Origin: Lepidodermella squamata
Taxonomy: Eukaryota > Animalia > Gastrotricha
Length of the DNA: 64,000 nt
NCBI GenBank assembly: GCA_047495785.1
Contig: JBLDXI010000023.1
Coordinates: forward strand, 62,001 to 126,000
Reading direction: 5' to 3'
Under the pieces are notes generated by a model, which ran no database searches, was not told where the DNA came from, and was given only the letters and a program-made list of their open reading frames with translations. This document shows positions 26,121 through 39,907 of the stretch, one piece after another. Numbering within the stretch: the first letter of the stretch is position 1; every line of letters starts with the position of its first letter. The position numbers and the translations under genes were made by a program.

Positions 26121-26903
26121 TCAATCGATCTTATGTAAAAATGTTGTCACCTGAACAGCTTCATGCACGGCTTACGACACGCGAATAGCTCGACCATCGA
26201 TGGTTTAGTTAGGTCTTATAAATGGCCCCATATATGTATGTATACACCTCCATCTTATTAATCACGCCATAAAAAAATTTGGAACTGCTCTCGGAGAGCA
26301 GCAGCACGCGCGACTTCTTTCCATCGTTTTTATTTTTCCATTTTTCTCAAGTTGAACGTTATCATACTGTAAAATGACTACAGTATTTCCTTATTTCGAC
26401 ATATTTCGACTACCGTCTTTAACAGTTTACGGTTTTCCGTTAGTGGCATACTGCACATACACAGGTGACCATGTCCGAAGGATAGGGAAACTTGCTCAAG
26501 GTACGTTTTTGCATCGAACGCACGGCCTTCATAAATGAGGTTATGCCGCTGCGTTCGTTCTATAGGTCCCGGGGACAGCGTATCTACTTATGCAAGTTTT
26601 ACGGATACAAAGCTGTTCTCAAGATCAAGCATGGCTTAAATGGCGTAATTTGGGATTGCTACAGTTCTGAGTTATAGAGCCGGAATCTTCTACTGTCGTC
26701 TATGACAGCTGTTAGCTTAAGGGCTAAAGGTAACCACAAAGATGCATAAGACGAATGCATATCGTTAGCTGTATGCTGTATACAACTTGACATGAGAAAA
26801 AATCCCAAAATTTGAAACAAGCAGTGGTCTGGATGGCTGATGCATTTGCTGATCATTTAATTTAAACCTAAAATATAAACCCATGGAAAAATACTGAAAT
26901 CAA

Positions 26904-28880
26904 TTACAAGGGCGACACGTTAACTCTTAGCCGTGAGAAAACAGGGTACAACCAGATGAGTGACTCAGATAATGAAAATATCTCAGCCATAATACTGATA
27001 GCTGTACGCTGGTGAACTGGATTCGCAGCTAACGTAACTGCAATTAGTACGTTGATGGGAAGCAGAGTAGCTCCGTTTATGGCGGCGATGCATGACGCGG
27101 GGAACTCGCGGCAATTCTCAAACACAACCCTGATTTGTTTCAGCTTGAAAGCAGCGATCACAGCAACAGATGCAGAAACATTTGAAAGGCTCCGATCGAG
27201 CCCAAAAGCGCCAAGCTGACGCCTGACATTGGGCACGTCACGAACCAAGTTTCTTCAACTGTGTCAGTCATTTCATCGTAGATCGGCTGTTGATTCGACT
27301 GCTCGACGCATTTCAAGTCTTGATGTGTGGTAGTCAGCCATGCGATGAGTAGTCCAATACTAGGCGTGGCCAGCAGTGGCGCCCATGCCGCTGTTTCCCG
27401 GTCGAATGTTTGAATTTTCAGCTTCAGAAGATTCACCGCCGATTTTCATGTTTCAATATATTTGAGGCGATACCTGCTTCTTAGCGGCGATGCTTTTCCT
27501 TGCAATCGTAGTAGATCACCAAAACTGTTCCTCACAAATATATCTATGACTAAGACCCGTGCGGTCACGACACCACAAACCAATGTGAGACCGATGCCTA
27601 ACATGAAGTAGGATGCACTTTCGATTTCGCTGCTGTTAACACCGCGATCGACAACGAAAAGGGCTGATGAGGTGTCTAGAAACAAACATCCTGTTGGACC
27701 AATAGTCTTGATCCAATTATAATTATTCCGAGCAGCTAGTTTACTGGTAGAAATGAGGAAAACTCCCAGTAGTTGAAAAGCTGAAGTAATTATGACCAAA
27801 CAGGAAACAATGGCGAGAACTGACCTTGAAATCAGAGTGAAACTCCTTCTTACTAAATGCTGGTCCAATGGAGGTGACCCTGAGATCCAATAGACTTTTC
27901 GCATTGCTTCTAGAGTGTAACTTTGTAGATCATAGTCTTCCAAGCTTCTGTTAGGGTTTGATTTGGCGAGGTAAATATTTTGCATGCCGGCTGATCAGCT
28001 CCACTGAGCTATCCCCCAAAAACATCCCCAACAGCTGCCCAGTTTTGCTGTACGAAGTCTTGCCAATCCTGATGCCGATCGGCTCACTGGACAGAATAAC
28101 TTGCTCAGCGACCGAGGCGACGATTTCCGGTTGTGCTTAGTAATCACTCAGAGAAAGGCTGAATTTAGCTTTCAGCCTACTTTCCGTCTTACTAAAAATG
28201 ATGGCGACGTTGGCGAGGACGTCGTGAAGGTGAAACGAGGAAAAATATTCATCCGAATTCAAATTAGACGCTTGACTTATGTAAGCCTCGAACTCGGCAG
28301 CAGTATCACCGAGATTTAATGTCGCGATTCATTGGCTTCATGACGTTACCAAAATAGAAAGCTTGTCGTGCCTGCTCTTTTAGCACATCTAAAGTGCAAC
28401 CTGGAAATGGCGTCTGCGAGAAAGCGGTAGAAAACGTGAGGAAAAAGTATTTCGGCCCGTGGATACCGGCCTTGTACGCCTCGCACAGAAATCGAGGAAC
28501 GATAACACACGCAAAAGTTGATACCACTACGATCCTCAGACCTTATGCCTTCAATTACGCATCATATCTTCTGGCGTGAAGAAGAGCGCTGACAAGAAAT
28601 CATTCACGTTGATATTAGCTGTGAGCAAAGCAACACTATTCCACCTGCCAATCTGCTTTATGAAGGTGGTCATTGCCATAACAGTCGCTTTAAATACGCT
28701 ATATACGCTATATATAGACGTAGCTATCGTGAGAATCATGTTTGGGTACAGTTGTCTGTCGGCCAGAAATGCTGCGTTGCAATAGGTTGGCACCAAAATC
28801 GAGTGGATGTGATGAAGAAAAGAGCCGATGGTTTTGCACGTTCCCACAACTCAGTTTTACAAGCTCCTACTCTCATCGGA
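26904..28880 (-). pseudogene. Subfamily-C GPCR pseudogene (C2), many frameshifts
   Basis: Fragments in several frames match C3/C4: LYPNMILTIATS, GRWNSVALLT, VPRFLCEAYKAGIHGPKY, WISGSPPLDQ, CVEQSNQQPIYDEMTDTVEETWFVTC, REFPASCIAAI. Confidence 0.88.
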
Positions 28881-29019
28881 ATTCTTCGTTCAGTTTTATT
28901 GCGCTCAGTTGCGTATCTCAATTTGTCCGTGGAGATAATATGTTTTCTCTGCGCCATCAAGCTAAAATATCTTAGTTTTGGTACAGACCACGTTGATGTC
29001 ATGCTGAATTGAATTTTTA

Positions 29020-29219
29020 TCGAAAAAGGCGGAAATATCTTAGTTTAGCGACATCCAAGATTACAAGTTTTTCGATTGCATCCCTCACGGTAAATCAAAA
29101 TAATTCGAATCAAAAAGCCGCTTTGTGTAAATCAATCATTATAAATCTAAATCAGCGAAAATAGGGCCTGAATCCAATCAAATCCAATCAAGCCAAATCA
29201 AATCAAATCCAAAGCACTG
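29020..29219. mobile_element. Probable right end of a hAT-like element
   Basis: CAAAT/CAAATC subterminal repeats ending in ...AAAGCACTG at 29219, at the place where the C2 5' end is lost. No partner TIR found. Confidence 0.35.
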
Positions 29220-30196
29220 GTCTCCTCAACGAATTTGCATGCTATCAGTACCGACTATAGGAAATAAATGACTATTTTTCATTTAGCCCATTTCTATTTT
29301 TGACACTCACTTCTGTGAGCGATACAAACACTGGCTCGAGTCACGAAATCGTGACAAAACACCACCTACCGCCGTGCTTGTTTGCGGAAGCTCAAGAGCG
29401 GAAGCGTGTTATGAAAAACTTCAGCAACACGAATCTCAGCCTCATATCTATGCTGAAGAACTGCTGTTTCTTCGATAGATCTATGATAACTAATGTGATT
29501 CTGTACCTCAGGTGATCTCTATACGCCTCGGTTACGATTGACGATAAATATGACTGCTGATGTTCAGTCTCAAGGGTATGCCTCCATGCTTCAAATGTCG
29601 CAACTGATTCAACTGGTAGACGTGGAGTTACTTCTAGGTGTTCAGTGAAGTGGAGCCAATGAAGTTAGCCACGCCACTGCCCCACCGGTTTCATTTTCGG
29701 GTCAAGTTCTCTATCGTTTTGGCTAACTTCAACGGCCTCACGACGAATTTTCCCGATGGAAACAACTCTTTTTAATGAGTGGGGCGTCATGCGATACTAA
29801 AATTCGGCGGGGTACCTTGTCGCTATTTAGAAGGATGCGGAAAAGCTGGTATGAACTGTGAATTTTTTTGTTAGGCATGCAAATGTCTTAATGCGTAGAC
29901 GTTTCCGCTGCGGACGCAGCTATGATTGACTTCATAATACAATAACAATACTACAGATTTATTTCTCCTCACCTCAACAACGCCGTCTTCATCCTTTCCG
30001 GTTTTGTGAGGGGCGATGGCAGGTGAAGACTAGTCATCATCAACCCCCACAAATGGAGAGCCTACGTTTACTTAAAATGCTAAGTTGTCAATTTGACGAG
30101 ATTATCATTCAAGGCGCATAAATCTGTACCGCTTTTATGTATTCAATAATTCTCAATTCTCTCTATCAGTTGATTTTCCGAATACAAACCTTGAAA

Positions 30197-33100
30197 ATGC
30201 TCTTTCAGCTGATAGCCGCTACTCTATTAGCGGTATCGTCGCAGGCTGAAAAGCTTGATTTGAACGAACCCATACCCGATCTGCTAGTGTCGCCACAAGC
30301 AAGCCCAAATCGAACATTAGTTACGCTGATAACCAGTTCGGCATACACTGGTTATTTCCCGGGCGGACCTTTGTGCACGGTGGCTCAGATTTCAGCATTT
30401 GACAACTTGCGAATAATGCCGAATTGGCTGCCTGAATACGAAATCGGGCTCGAATATTTTGACGATGCGGTGAGTAATTCTAATTTTGATTTCGTTAAGA
30501 ATTGTACATCCTTGATATACGGGATATCAGTGCGACGACGGCCTTGCGATAAACGGGCTCATGACTAAATTGTTGGCATCAGATAGTGTAAGCAGTCGGT
30601 TCCCCTTGATTCTCACTGCTGATTGCGGTGGAAATTCTCAAGACCTAACAGCATTAATACTGCCTCATTTCAATCACGTTGGGGTAAGATTGAATATTAC
30701 TCAACATCTTATGTCCGGGATTGACCATCTCCACTGTAGATTGCTGTTTTTCCTCTGACATTGCAGTTGCTAGAAAATCGAAAGAGAAACTCGAATCTGT
30801 TAGCAATCGGCGATAGGATTGACTGCGTTTTTCCCGCTCTGACAGAATTCCTTCATGCGATGGGTTGGACTAAAGTCGCCATTCTGTCAGAAGTTATTCC
30901 TTACAACATTGCGGCAAGTTTCAAATAGTATCAATCTCGCTCATTTGACTATAGCATTCAACTGATAACAGATGGACAAGTATCTTGTTGAAAACCTCGA
31001 GCAAGCAGAAATAGAATTGCTGTATATGGAGAAGTTTTTATCTGGCCTCGATCCTGGCTCGTTTGAGCAGCTCAAAGCTCGCGATCCGCGGATAATAATC
31101 GTCATGGTTTATGACGGCGGCAGCGCAGCATGTTTGCTCCATCGCGCAGGCTTCCACGGGCCGAAGTACGCATTCCTCTTCTACGGCTGGGAGAATATCG
31201 GCAACCCACCTTACATACCCGAAAGTTTTCCCTGGTGCACAGCTGAAATGGTTTATGAAGTAAACTTATACCCATGGCGACCTAAGAGGTATATTGATTT
31301 CTTGATTTCTTTTTAGATAATGGAAAGTGTTTTGCGGTTTACGGATTCGCCGTGGGAATTTTACTATGGCGCGTCATTTCGCGACTTTTCGGGGCAATCG
31401 ATGCACCAGCTTCATCAGACTCTAGATGAGGAGATTGAAACTCCTCAACTGTCATCCGGCTACGACTACTGGCCCGAGATCTGCTACGACAAGGCAATTG
31501 CTGTTGGTCTGGCTCTCAACGCAACCGAAGCAATTCTCAACAAAAGTAAGGTTGACCCACCGTTGATGCATAGAACCTTAGATTTATATGTGGTGTTCAT
31601 GTTTACTGCGCCGATGTTGCGGTTGCGTGGTGGTGAAAGTTGCTGCTGTAGTGCTTTTTGCAGAATTTTTTCATTTATCACCACCGGTTAATTAATCATC
31701 GAAAAATTACTGATCTCCTGATTGAAGCAATATCACCACGCGAGCGAAGAAATAATGTGAAGCTCGCTAAGCAAAACACCACCTCCTTTGGAGTGAAATC
31801 CTAAAAACGCACATGAGCAATCCTTTCCATTATTTGGCTATCATAGCAGCAAAGCGTCATAAATCTCTTGGGGACATCCCGAACTGGCAGGTAATTGCGT
31901 CCAAAATGTGCGTCTATTCGCAATCAAGTGAACGCGTAGAACGCATTAAATAGTTTACTTTTTTCTCCTATCAATGTTATCAATACAGAAAATCAGACAT
32001 TGTCGGATTGGTTCACTGGGCAGGAGCAGCTAGCGTCCAACGGGAATGAAATAACGTCCATCGTGAAGCAAGGCATTCTGGAGACGTCTTTCGTTGGACT
32101 GAAAGCCAATTACGAGTTCAACCGATCGACAGAGGTGGCGAGATCGATGTTTCCGATCAGCTTCACTCAGATGCGAGTCATGGGAAATTTCACTACAACG
32201 GCTGTAATAGCAATAGCAGTTCCGGTCAACAATTCAGAACGCACTCTTTCGTTTGTTAATAGTATCAATCATAATGTTAATAATTTTGTCAATTCAATTA
32301 TCGAATCCATAGTAACTTGCAAATCCGTCAACAATATCGCACTGCCACACATCTTAACTATAGCTTCTAACTACCGACTCGCTCTTAAATTACACGTTTA
32401 CCCTAACAGTAATAACAATTAATGCGTAATTCTCCTGTCCTCTCTTTTCTGTCTTCGCCAATTTATTTAAATAATTCCCACGTCATGATCAGAACTATAT
32501 GTATTATAACTTTATATTATGTATTATAACTTATATTGTAACTATATGTTATGCACGTGTATGTATACATATATATCTGTCTGTGTTTATTATGTTCGAA
32601 AATATTCCAGGACGCGCCCAAAGCCGATGGCCGGTGCTAGTTTGCTTTTTTGATCAAATAAAACATTGCTTGCTCTTTCGTTGAAGGCCGAGGCCATGCA
32701 GTGGCGTACGAGGGGAAACGTACCACCGGTTGATTTTTTGAAGATTCTCCTAGTGATGCAGCCTCCCATTCCTATAGCTGTAAATTCCTTTCTGAAAAGT
32801 GAGTTTTAACAATTCATTATACTAGATACACATGTATCCATTTTGGCGAGCAGCTGCCGGATCAATGCTGGTTTGTTCTGCAGCACTTTTAATGGCGTTA
32901 CCGCATGTGAAAAAATTCGCTACGATGAGACGAAAACTCAACTGGAACGTGAGACTCATGTTGATTGGGAACGTTTTACTGCTGGTGCATGGTCTTACAG
33001 TACCATTTAGCTCAGCAGGCCAGACAACTAAGCTGTGCGATAACCAGGCTGTGATATGGATCCTAGGCTTCTCTCTGGCCATCTCAGCCTGCAACGAGCA

Positions 33101-33783
33101 CCTGATGCGTAGCAGCGCAGCCTATTCGCCACGAACTCGCCGAACACGAAATTTCCGAGGCTTGCCGTGCCTGCTTTGGACCCTGCTACAAGCCGCCTTG
33201 TTCGCTGTTGTCATTGGTCTATCGTGGACTAGAGTAACGCAGGCAGATCTCAGCATTCAGGAGACAGACGATGAAGGCCGCATTGCGATCAGAGAGTTTC
33301 GTTACGATTGCGCGTTCGGCTTTTTCAATTCAGTAGCGTCAACCGCAGTTTTCGCAGTCGCTCTTATTCTCCACGCGCTCATGTTGACTTTTCTGGTCAA
33401 ATCAGCGTTGAGAGCGGTAAAGCATGAAGCACTGAGACATGTGAGTTGCGAACCTTCCGTGATACTGACAATGACTAATTTGGGTTTGATTTCAGCAGCA
33501 TGTGGCATCCCGCCGTTTCAACTGGATTGCCGCGTTTGCTTTCGGCGGTTTCGGCCTGGTCGTTGCTTCTGCTTTGATTGTCATCCTCGACATGTGGAAT
33601 ACGCAACACGTCGTGTCAACCATCGCTTTGGCATCGATAGGCTTCGTGGCTTTAAACCAGGCGGCTGTTCTGAAGCATTTGTTGCAGAAGCCAGTCGCTT
33701 CCTCGCGTCAAGGTCTGCAGAGTTGGGTTACTCCGAGGGCAATATTCATCAATGGTCGCAACACATCAGGAAGAACAGGCTAG
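30197..33783 (+). pseudogene. GABA-B-like class C GPCR, subfamily A, copy A4 (complete, but one exon is interrupted by a retro-insertion)
   Basis: Exons 30197-30469, 30530-30683, 30740-30913, 30972-31259, 31317-31545, 31989-~32798 (with insertion 32254-32672), ~32853-33440 and ~33496-33783. Same motifs as A1/A2. The insertion introduces a stop at 32420-32422. Confidence 0.85.
32254..32672 (+). mobile_element. 5'-truncated non-LTR retroelement 3' end inserted in an A4 exon
   Basis: 10-bp TSD CTCTTTCGTT (32244-32253, 32673-32682). Removal restores RTLSLKAEAMQW (A3: RTLSLMPRAMQW). Ends AATAAAACATTGCTTG. Confidence 0.88.
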
Positions 33784-34629
33784 GGCCCCAAATACCCATC
33801 GATAATATTCTAGATATGACTGTTTCCGCCTAAAAAACACTGAAATAGATCATCACTCACTCACTTTTGACACTGTTATGCGTGGTAATCGTGAGCTTTT
33901 AGAGACGGTCAACTTTAAAGCTTGGCCATGTTTCGGCATTCAAAAATGTGCTTCTTGATGTTATTGTCAAGGTAATCAGATGTTATTCTATTTTTTTGTT
34001 TTAATGGAAATATGACCGAAAAGGTCGGGTTTGGCGTATTTTTGTGTATTTTCCGGAAAATGGCAGAACGTGTGTAAAACGTGTGTTGACTTGAAGAGGG
34101 ACGATTCCTAGATTTCTTTACTCAGCTATTCTTAATGATTTTGAATTTTCAAATTTCAGACCTCTAGGATGTTCCCAATCGCCTTAACAAATAGAAATTC
34201 TCAGAAATGCCCTGGAAAGAGTCAGGTTGATTCAGGTTATCCTAGACCCTGAAGACGCTAGCTTGATCCCAACAAAATGTTTGAAAATGCACCGAGATTC
34301 CTCACTCCTCACCTCAGATTAAACTCAGAAATGTCGACAGCGCATGAAAAACACCCAAGCTTATTGGGCGAGGGATTTTGCATATACATGTATGTGTAAT
34401 GAAAACTGAAATATTTTAAGCGTGCATTTTCGAAATTAGAAATTGTTACTGCTAAACTGTGCAGTTTGCAGCCCATTTTCTCAGCAACCCTGAAGAAAAT
34501 CAACCTATATCCTATATGCAAAATTTCAACCGATTGGCTTCTCGTTTATTGATCTTGAAAGTTTATTGAACATCAAAATCTCACGATGTCAACTGAAGGG
34601 GTCAGGCGTCAGGATTATAGCGGTATCAA

Positions 34630-34898
34630 GCTTTTTGAAACGGCGGTGTGAGGACCATGCCTAGCCACGCCTAGCATTGGAATACTCATCGCATGGCTGA
34701 CTGCCACAAATCTCATCGAGCAGCCGAATCAACAGCCGATTTACGATGAAATCGCTGACACAGTTGAAGAAACGTGGTTCGTTACTTGCCCAATGTCAAG
34801 TGTTAGCTTGGCGCTTTTAGGCACTAATGGAGCCTTTCTAATACTTCAACTTCAGTGCCTCTACTTTCAGATCGCTGCTTTCAAACTGAAAAAAATCA
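34630..34898 (+). pseudogene. Isolated subfamily-C fragment (TM4-ECL2-TM5), most like C2, in inverted orientation
   Basis: Translates as LATPSIGILIAWL...EQPNQQPIYDEIADTVEETWFVTCPMSSVSLALLG...IAAFKLK. Confidence 0.8.
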
Positions 34899-35742
34899 TA
34901 ATCATCTAATTAACATGTGCACACGGGAAACGTGGGAACAATGACAAGATATAATTGACCTTCATCGATTTCGCAGTAAAGCACCGAACTTTTTACTCTC
35001 AAATTTTCTTCGTAACACTGCCAGGTAACTTGAAAAGTCATTCATATTCTTAGCTTCCTGAAACATCGCAACCTCGTAAAGATACATTAATGCAACATGA
35101 TCTTCAACAGCTGCTGCTTGTGGTTGATTCAAGAAGAGAGCTCAGTTACAAACGAGCAAAACAAAATTTGCGAGCTGCTGAGTTGTTTATTGATCAAAAT
35201 GTATCTTCTGATTGGCCGTATAAATGGGTTTTAGCTACTTTTTCGGACATCGACTTTCATCTGTGCGCGTCCACGGTAAGCCACTTCGGTGAATAGCGGG
35301 GCTAATTTCTGAGCGCAAGATCGCGCTCATCTCGAATCCTGCTAATTAAATTAAATTTCCCGCCAGATCGGCGGTGGCAATCTAATCAACTGTTGGAATG
35401 ACATCAATGCGTATAGTTTCGTTTTATGCAGCGTCAATTCACAATTGCGCGATTTCTCATCGGCTACACTAGGCATTTTGTCTTAAGCTTTATACATTAT
35501 ATTATAACCCAGTTGTAATCAGTGGTTTTGATTTCAAATCAAAATCCCTGACAGTAATTAATACGCCGAACGTGTAATGTTCCTATCTAAAATGCGTCTT
35601 CGTGACTATCTACTGTCTACTTTCTACTTGATTTCCTGCACATTTTTTGAACAAAGACAGCGGGACAATACAAAAATATATCAGAGTGTCAAATTACGGG
35701 AGCCTTTTTCCTTAGATGTTAATCACGTTTAACTAAACTTCA

Positions 35743-38467
35743 ATGATTTCGAGTTTTATCATCGCCAACCTGCTCGCAGCTGCACTTGCGAGCAAGGTTT
35801 CCTACAATGCTAGTATGGAGGGTAGGATTCGTTCAGGCAACTCATCCCGTCCCCTTTTGAGTATCCTCGCCCACTTGAACTATGGCGGATCCAGCTACCC
35901 AGCCGGGCCGCTCTGCACAAAGGCGATGGAGGTTGCTCTGGACCAATTCAAAGCGAAAGGCATGTGGCTCGAGAGTTACGACTTGGAAATCCAAGTCATC
36001 GATGATCTGGTAGGACATTTTTAACCTATAACTGAAATTAAATAAGCCTAAACTTCTAGTGCGACGATGCTGAAACGATAGACAAAACGATGCGCGAGTT
36101 GGTATCTCCAAATGCAAACAACCGAATCCCACTTGTCATAAGTGGTTGGTGCCCCACCGTTGGTCAGTCTGTTGTCGCTCAGGCGTTGAAACAGCTCAAC
36201 ATGAGCGCCGTGACCATTTACTTGCAAAACGAGGCCGCGCTTTCGCAGCCGTCACGTTTCGATGCTGTCTATCAACTTTTCTTCGCTCCAATCGTCCAAT
36301 ACGATGCTCTGGCTTACTTCGTGCTCTATAACGGCTGGCGAAGGCTTGCCATCTTCTCCGAAGACCTTAACTATTTCAACGATGTAAGCTTCCAAGACAC
36401 GGATGCGAGGTATTCATTATTGCTCATTATTTCACAGGCTGAGAAGTACACGCTTCCGATGCTGAGCCGACTCAATATCACTGTCACATGGCTGGGAAAA
36501 GTAACTTTCCTGTCAGAAGATGCTGCTGAGATGTCTTCCGCCGTTCGTGCTATGCGATTGTCCGAACCTCTGATAATTCTCGCGAATACCGACTCTCCAG
36601 TCAGCCTGGCTTGTTGGCTCTATCACTACGGCTTATATGGACCCAGCTACGTCATCGTAGCCAGCGATTGGGCTATTTTCGACCCAGCAACCACCCAAAT
36701 TCCCAGCTACGTTCAATCGTGGTGCACAAGGTTTATGTTGAGCCAGGTGATCGAGAGCTGGGTGTTTGTATCCTACGCAAGGCAAAGCAACATTTTCGGG
36801 CCGAACTATCGAGACAGCCTAGGATTAACTGATGACGATTTCACAGCGGCTATGGAATCGAAGATCTACGACGTCAAGCAAGCACCCGGTTATTCCTTAT
36901 GGTCAGGGGACTGTTATGAAGTCGCTCAATTCACTGGGTTTGCAATCGAACAAATTGAGCGCACTCTGAGAGACTCACTCAACTCGACGCTATCAGAATG
37001 GACTACGGAGACGGAGAATTTCCGGCAAAATGGCCGGTTCTTCCACAGTTTGATGAAAGATGCGATAAGCTCGCTTCACATCAATGGCAGCAAGGGCGCA
37101 TTCAAATTTGACCGCCAGACTTCGCGAAACACCCTGGGCTACAGCATGACCTTCTCGCAGATGCGGTATCGAGACGTCGAACGGAAGTCGATAAAGAATT
37201 TCATCATGGCCTACTTCAGATCAAGTGACAACACGGTATTCCCGTTGAACGGCGGTCCCATCTGGCGGACGGAGGGTAACATCAAGCCGGGGGATACAGT
37301 TCGTATTTTGAGATATTCTAAACCATTAATTAGACCTTCTGCATCTTGGGCGATATTAGGTAGGTTTTACTAGATTTTTCTGCAAAATGGTTCATTTAAC
37401 GTCCTCTCCTGCTAGTTTTGACGTGCTTTGGTTTTGTTTGCTTGATCGGATTATTGGCTGTGACACTGTGTGATCGATCTGAGAACTACATTTCGAAACC
37501 AGAGGATTGCCTCATCCTACTAGGCAACGCTCTAATGCTATGCTATTGCATTCTTTCAGTAACCATTGACGCTGAAGACGAGCGTAAGTTGTTCAGGCAA
37601 TATGCGGCTGGTTGCTTCTCTCTAACCTGTGGATTCGGCCTAGTCATGTCAGGCACATTGACCAAAATCAATCATGGCCTGAAAATCACGTCATCTCGAC
37701 AGGTTTGCAGGATTCCTCAGGTTCAATTCATAGCTTTGGACGCAGCATGGTTCGTGGTGAATGCGGTCCTAATGGCAGCTTTCGTAGCCAGTGGCTCTTT
37801 AAGCAATGTGGAAGTGGTGAATCTCGCTCGCACGTATTCTAGTGACGAAAGCGTGGCATATTTGCCATTCAGACTCCAACCAAACCTAAACTGGGACACG
37901 CAAGAAACGATGGGGATTCTTGCTACCATTTTGACTACGCATGCGCTGGGCGTTCTTTTCATTTGTTTCAAAAGTTTCGAACTCGAAATGGTGAGTAGTA
38001 TGAGGGGATATTAGCTAATGTATCAGAAAATAGGGTTTCCCTTCCTAGAAGAAACAGGATCCTCAATTTTACCAATTACTAATTGTTAAAATTTACAGAA
38101 GTGCAAGTCGTGCAAAGTGCCTGCTTGCACCATGGTAGTCTCGCAGTTCTACCCAACAATGAAATTTTTTCGCTTCCAAGTCATGACAATTCTGGCCGAA
38201 ATTCTCGTCGCGATACTTCTGGCTGATGACGGCGAGGCGTTACAAATCACCGTTGCATCGATTGTCTTCTGCGTAGTCTTCATAAACATGTTTGTACTGA
38301 ATTTGAATAGATTAGTGCCAAATCAAGTGCAACGACATCAATCCGCAACTACCAATGTTTTACTCGCCTCCCGCCTGAGCAATGCGACGCAACTACGGGC
38401 GAGCTACCCTGGCAAACTAGTCACTGTGCAGCCACATCGGGAGAGGAGCGCGAGTACTCAGATTTAG
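35743..38467 (+). CDS. GABA-B-like class C GPCR, subfamily B, copy B3 (apparently intact, 5 exons)
   Basis: Exons 35743-36009, 36060-36383, 36438-37359, 37416-37990, 38099-38467. Same intron positions as B1 and high similarity to it in the VFT. Confidence 0.9.
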
Positions 38468-38587
38468 GCCGGATTAAACGATTTATGAAAGAGTAGCCAA
38501 CTTTGCGAGTTCGGAAAATAAAAAATTGATGCTACTCATAAAACTCGATTTATTTGTATGTAAATGGTTGTATGTTTATGGTATGTA

Positions 38588-39115
38588 AATTTTCATCGTA
38601 AATGGGCCGCTGATTTGACTGTTCAACACATTTAGCGCTCAGTTGAGAGGCAAACAATGCGACAATGAGGCTTAAACTTGGACTGGCTCTTGGCTATATA
38701 CTTTGTGCATAAATCGCTATTTTGCGCTCGAAAGCTCTGAATGTTTCGGGCGAGAATTGAAATTTCAGTTTTTGTGATTGTACCGGGTATCGATACATAG
38801 TTGGCGGCATATTTGGGCTTGTAGCTATGCTGGATTTTCGCAGCCATTCTATGGTGTTCGTCTTAACAAATTACGACTAACATTCTATTCATCATGCTGC
38901 TAAAACTATTCTCAGGCCTAGGCCTGGAAGGAAAAACGAGGTGTTTTCAAGGTCTGTACTTCCGGCTCTTCCATCGCAAAAGCGCAAAAGCTGCCGAAGC
39001 TGCGGCAAGACAAAATCAGGAGATTAGGCGTTTTGATTGTCATTGACGTAGATGGTTGCTGTCAGCAAGGCGACTTTTTCCACCTGCCGAGCAGCTTTAT
39101 AAAAGCCAAAATCGC
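38588..39115 (-). pseudogene. Degenerate, internally deleted subfamily-C relic
   Basis: 38588-38630 matches C3 40749-40791 (CVEQSNQRPIYDEN). About 38900-38960 matches TM3 (ENTSFFL.GLGL), and about 39040-39100 matches GRWKKVALLT...ND. Confidence 0.7.
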
Positions 39116-39159
39116 CGCACTCGGCTCCGTACAGATATAAACGTTTTACTCATGTTATA

Positions 39160-39907
39160 AAGTACGGATGATAATTTTTTTGCCTCGCAGTTTTTTAATA
39201 GCTCCGCAACCATGAGGAATTTTTGGAGCGGGTTTCACCAGCCGATAGATCTAGTCTGGTGTAAACTTCCCCTAAATCCTCGTTAAATTTGGATAAAATT
39301 TGAGAAATTGATGACGAAAATGCTTCTTGTGATTTTTGGTGAAAAAGTTCATTTTTGAAAAATGCTATTTTACATCCGATGTGACTTGTGGCAATCATTT
39401 TTCTTGTCAGAGGGTTCAGATTTAGTCGAGAGGTGGTCCACTATTCATCCATGTCGCCGATTTCCACAAAAATCAACAATTGCACAACCCGAAACTTGCA
39501 GCTTTGCAAATTTGGTGCGGTTTCCCAAAAATTTCAAAACCCATTTGGATCTCATTTCGTCATTGAGAAACGTTTCTGTTCGGTCCAAAGTGAAAATCTC
39601 GGTTAACGGAGCGGTATTGACATCGATCCCTGCTAAGAATATGGTCCAATTTCGCTTTACTGCAGGAAAATGACAAAAAAACGCTAAAAACTGGAAAATA
39701 GCATTTTTCAAAAATGAACTTTTTCACCAAAAATCACAAGAAGCATTTTCGTCATCAATTTCTCAAATTTTATCCAAATTTAACGAGGATTTAGGGGAAG
39801 TTTACACCAGACTAGATCTATCGGCTGGTGAAACCCGCTCCAAAAGATTCCTCATGGTTGCGGAGCTATTAAAAAACTGCGAGGCAAAAAAATTATCATC
39901 CGTACTT
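39160..39907. mobile_element. Foldback MITE with ~210-bp near-perfect TIRs and TA flanks
   Basis: 39158-39371 is the near-exact reverse complement of 39695-39909, with termini TA|AAGTACGGATG...CATCCGTACTT|TA. Confidence 0.9.

Noticed and set aside
32620-32645. Helitron 3' end (GC-rich segment then CTAG)
   Set aside because: The element continues past CTAG to an AATAAA tail and has 10-13 bp TSDs, which Helitrons do not make; the 24416 copy lacks the CTAG.
34240-34290. Third hammerhead (TAGACCCTGAAGA...)
   Set aside because: No pairing stem II and no GAAAC-stem III-NUH arrangement follows.
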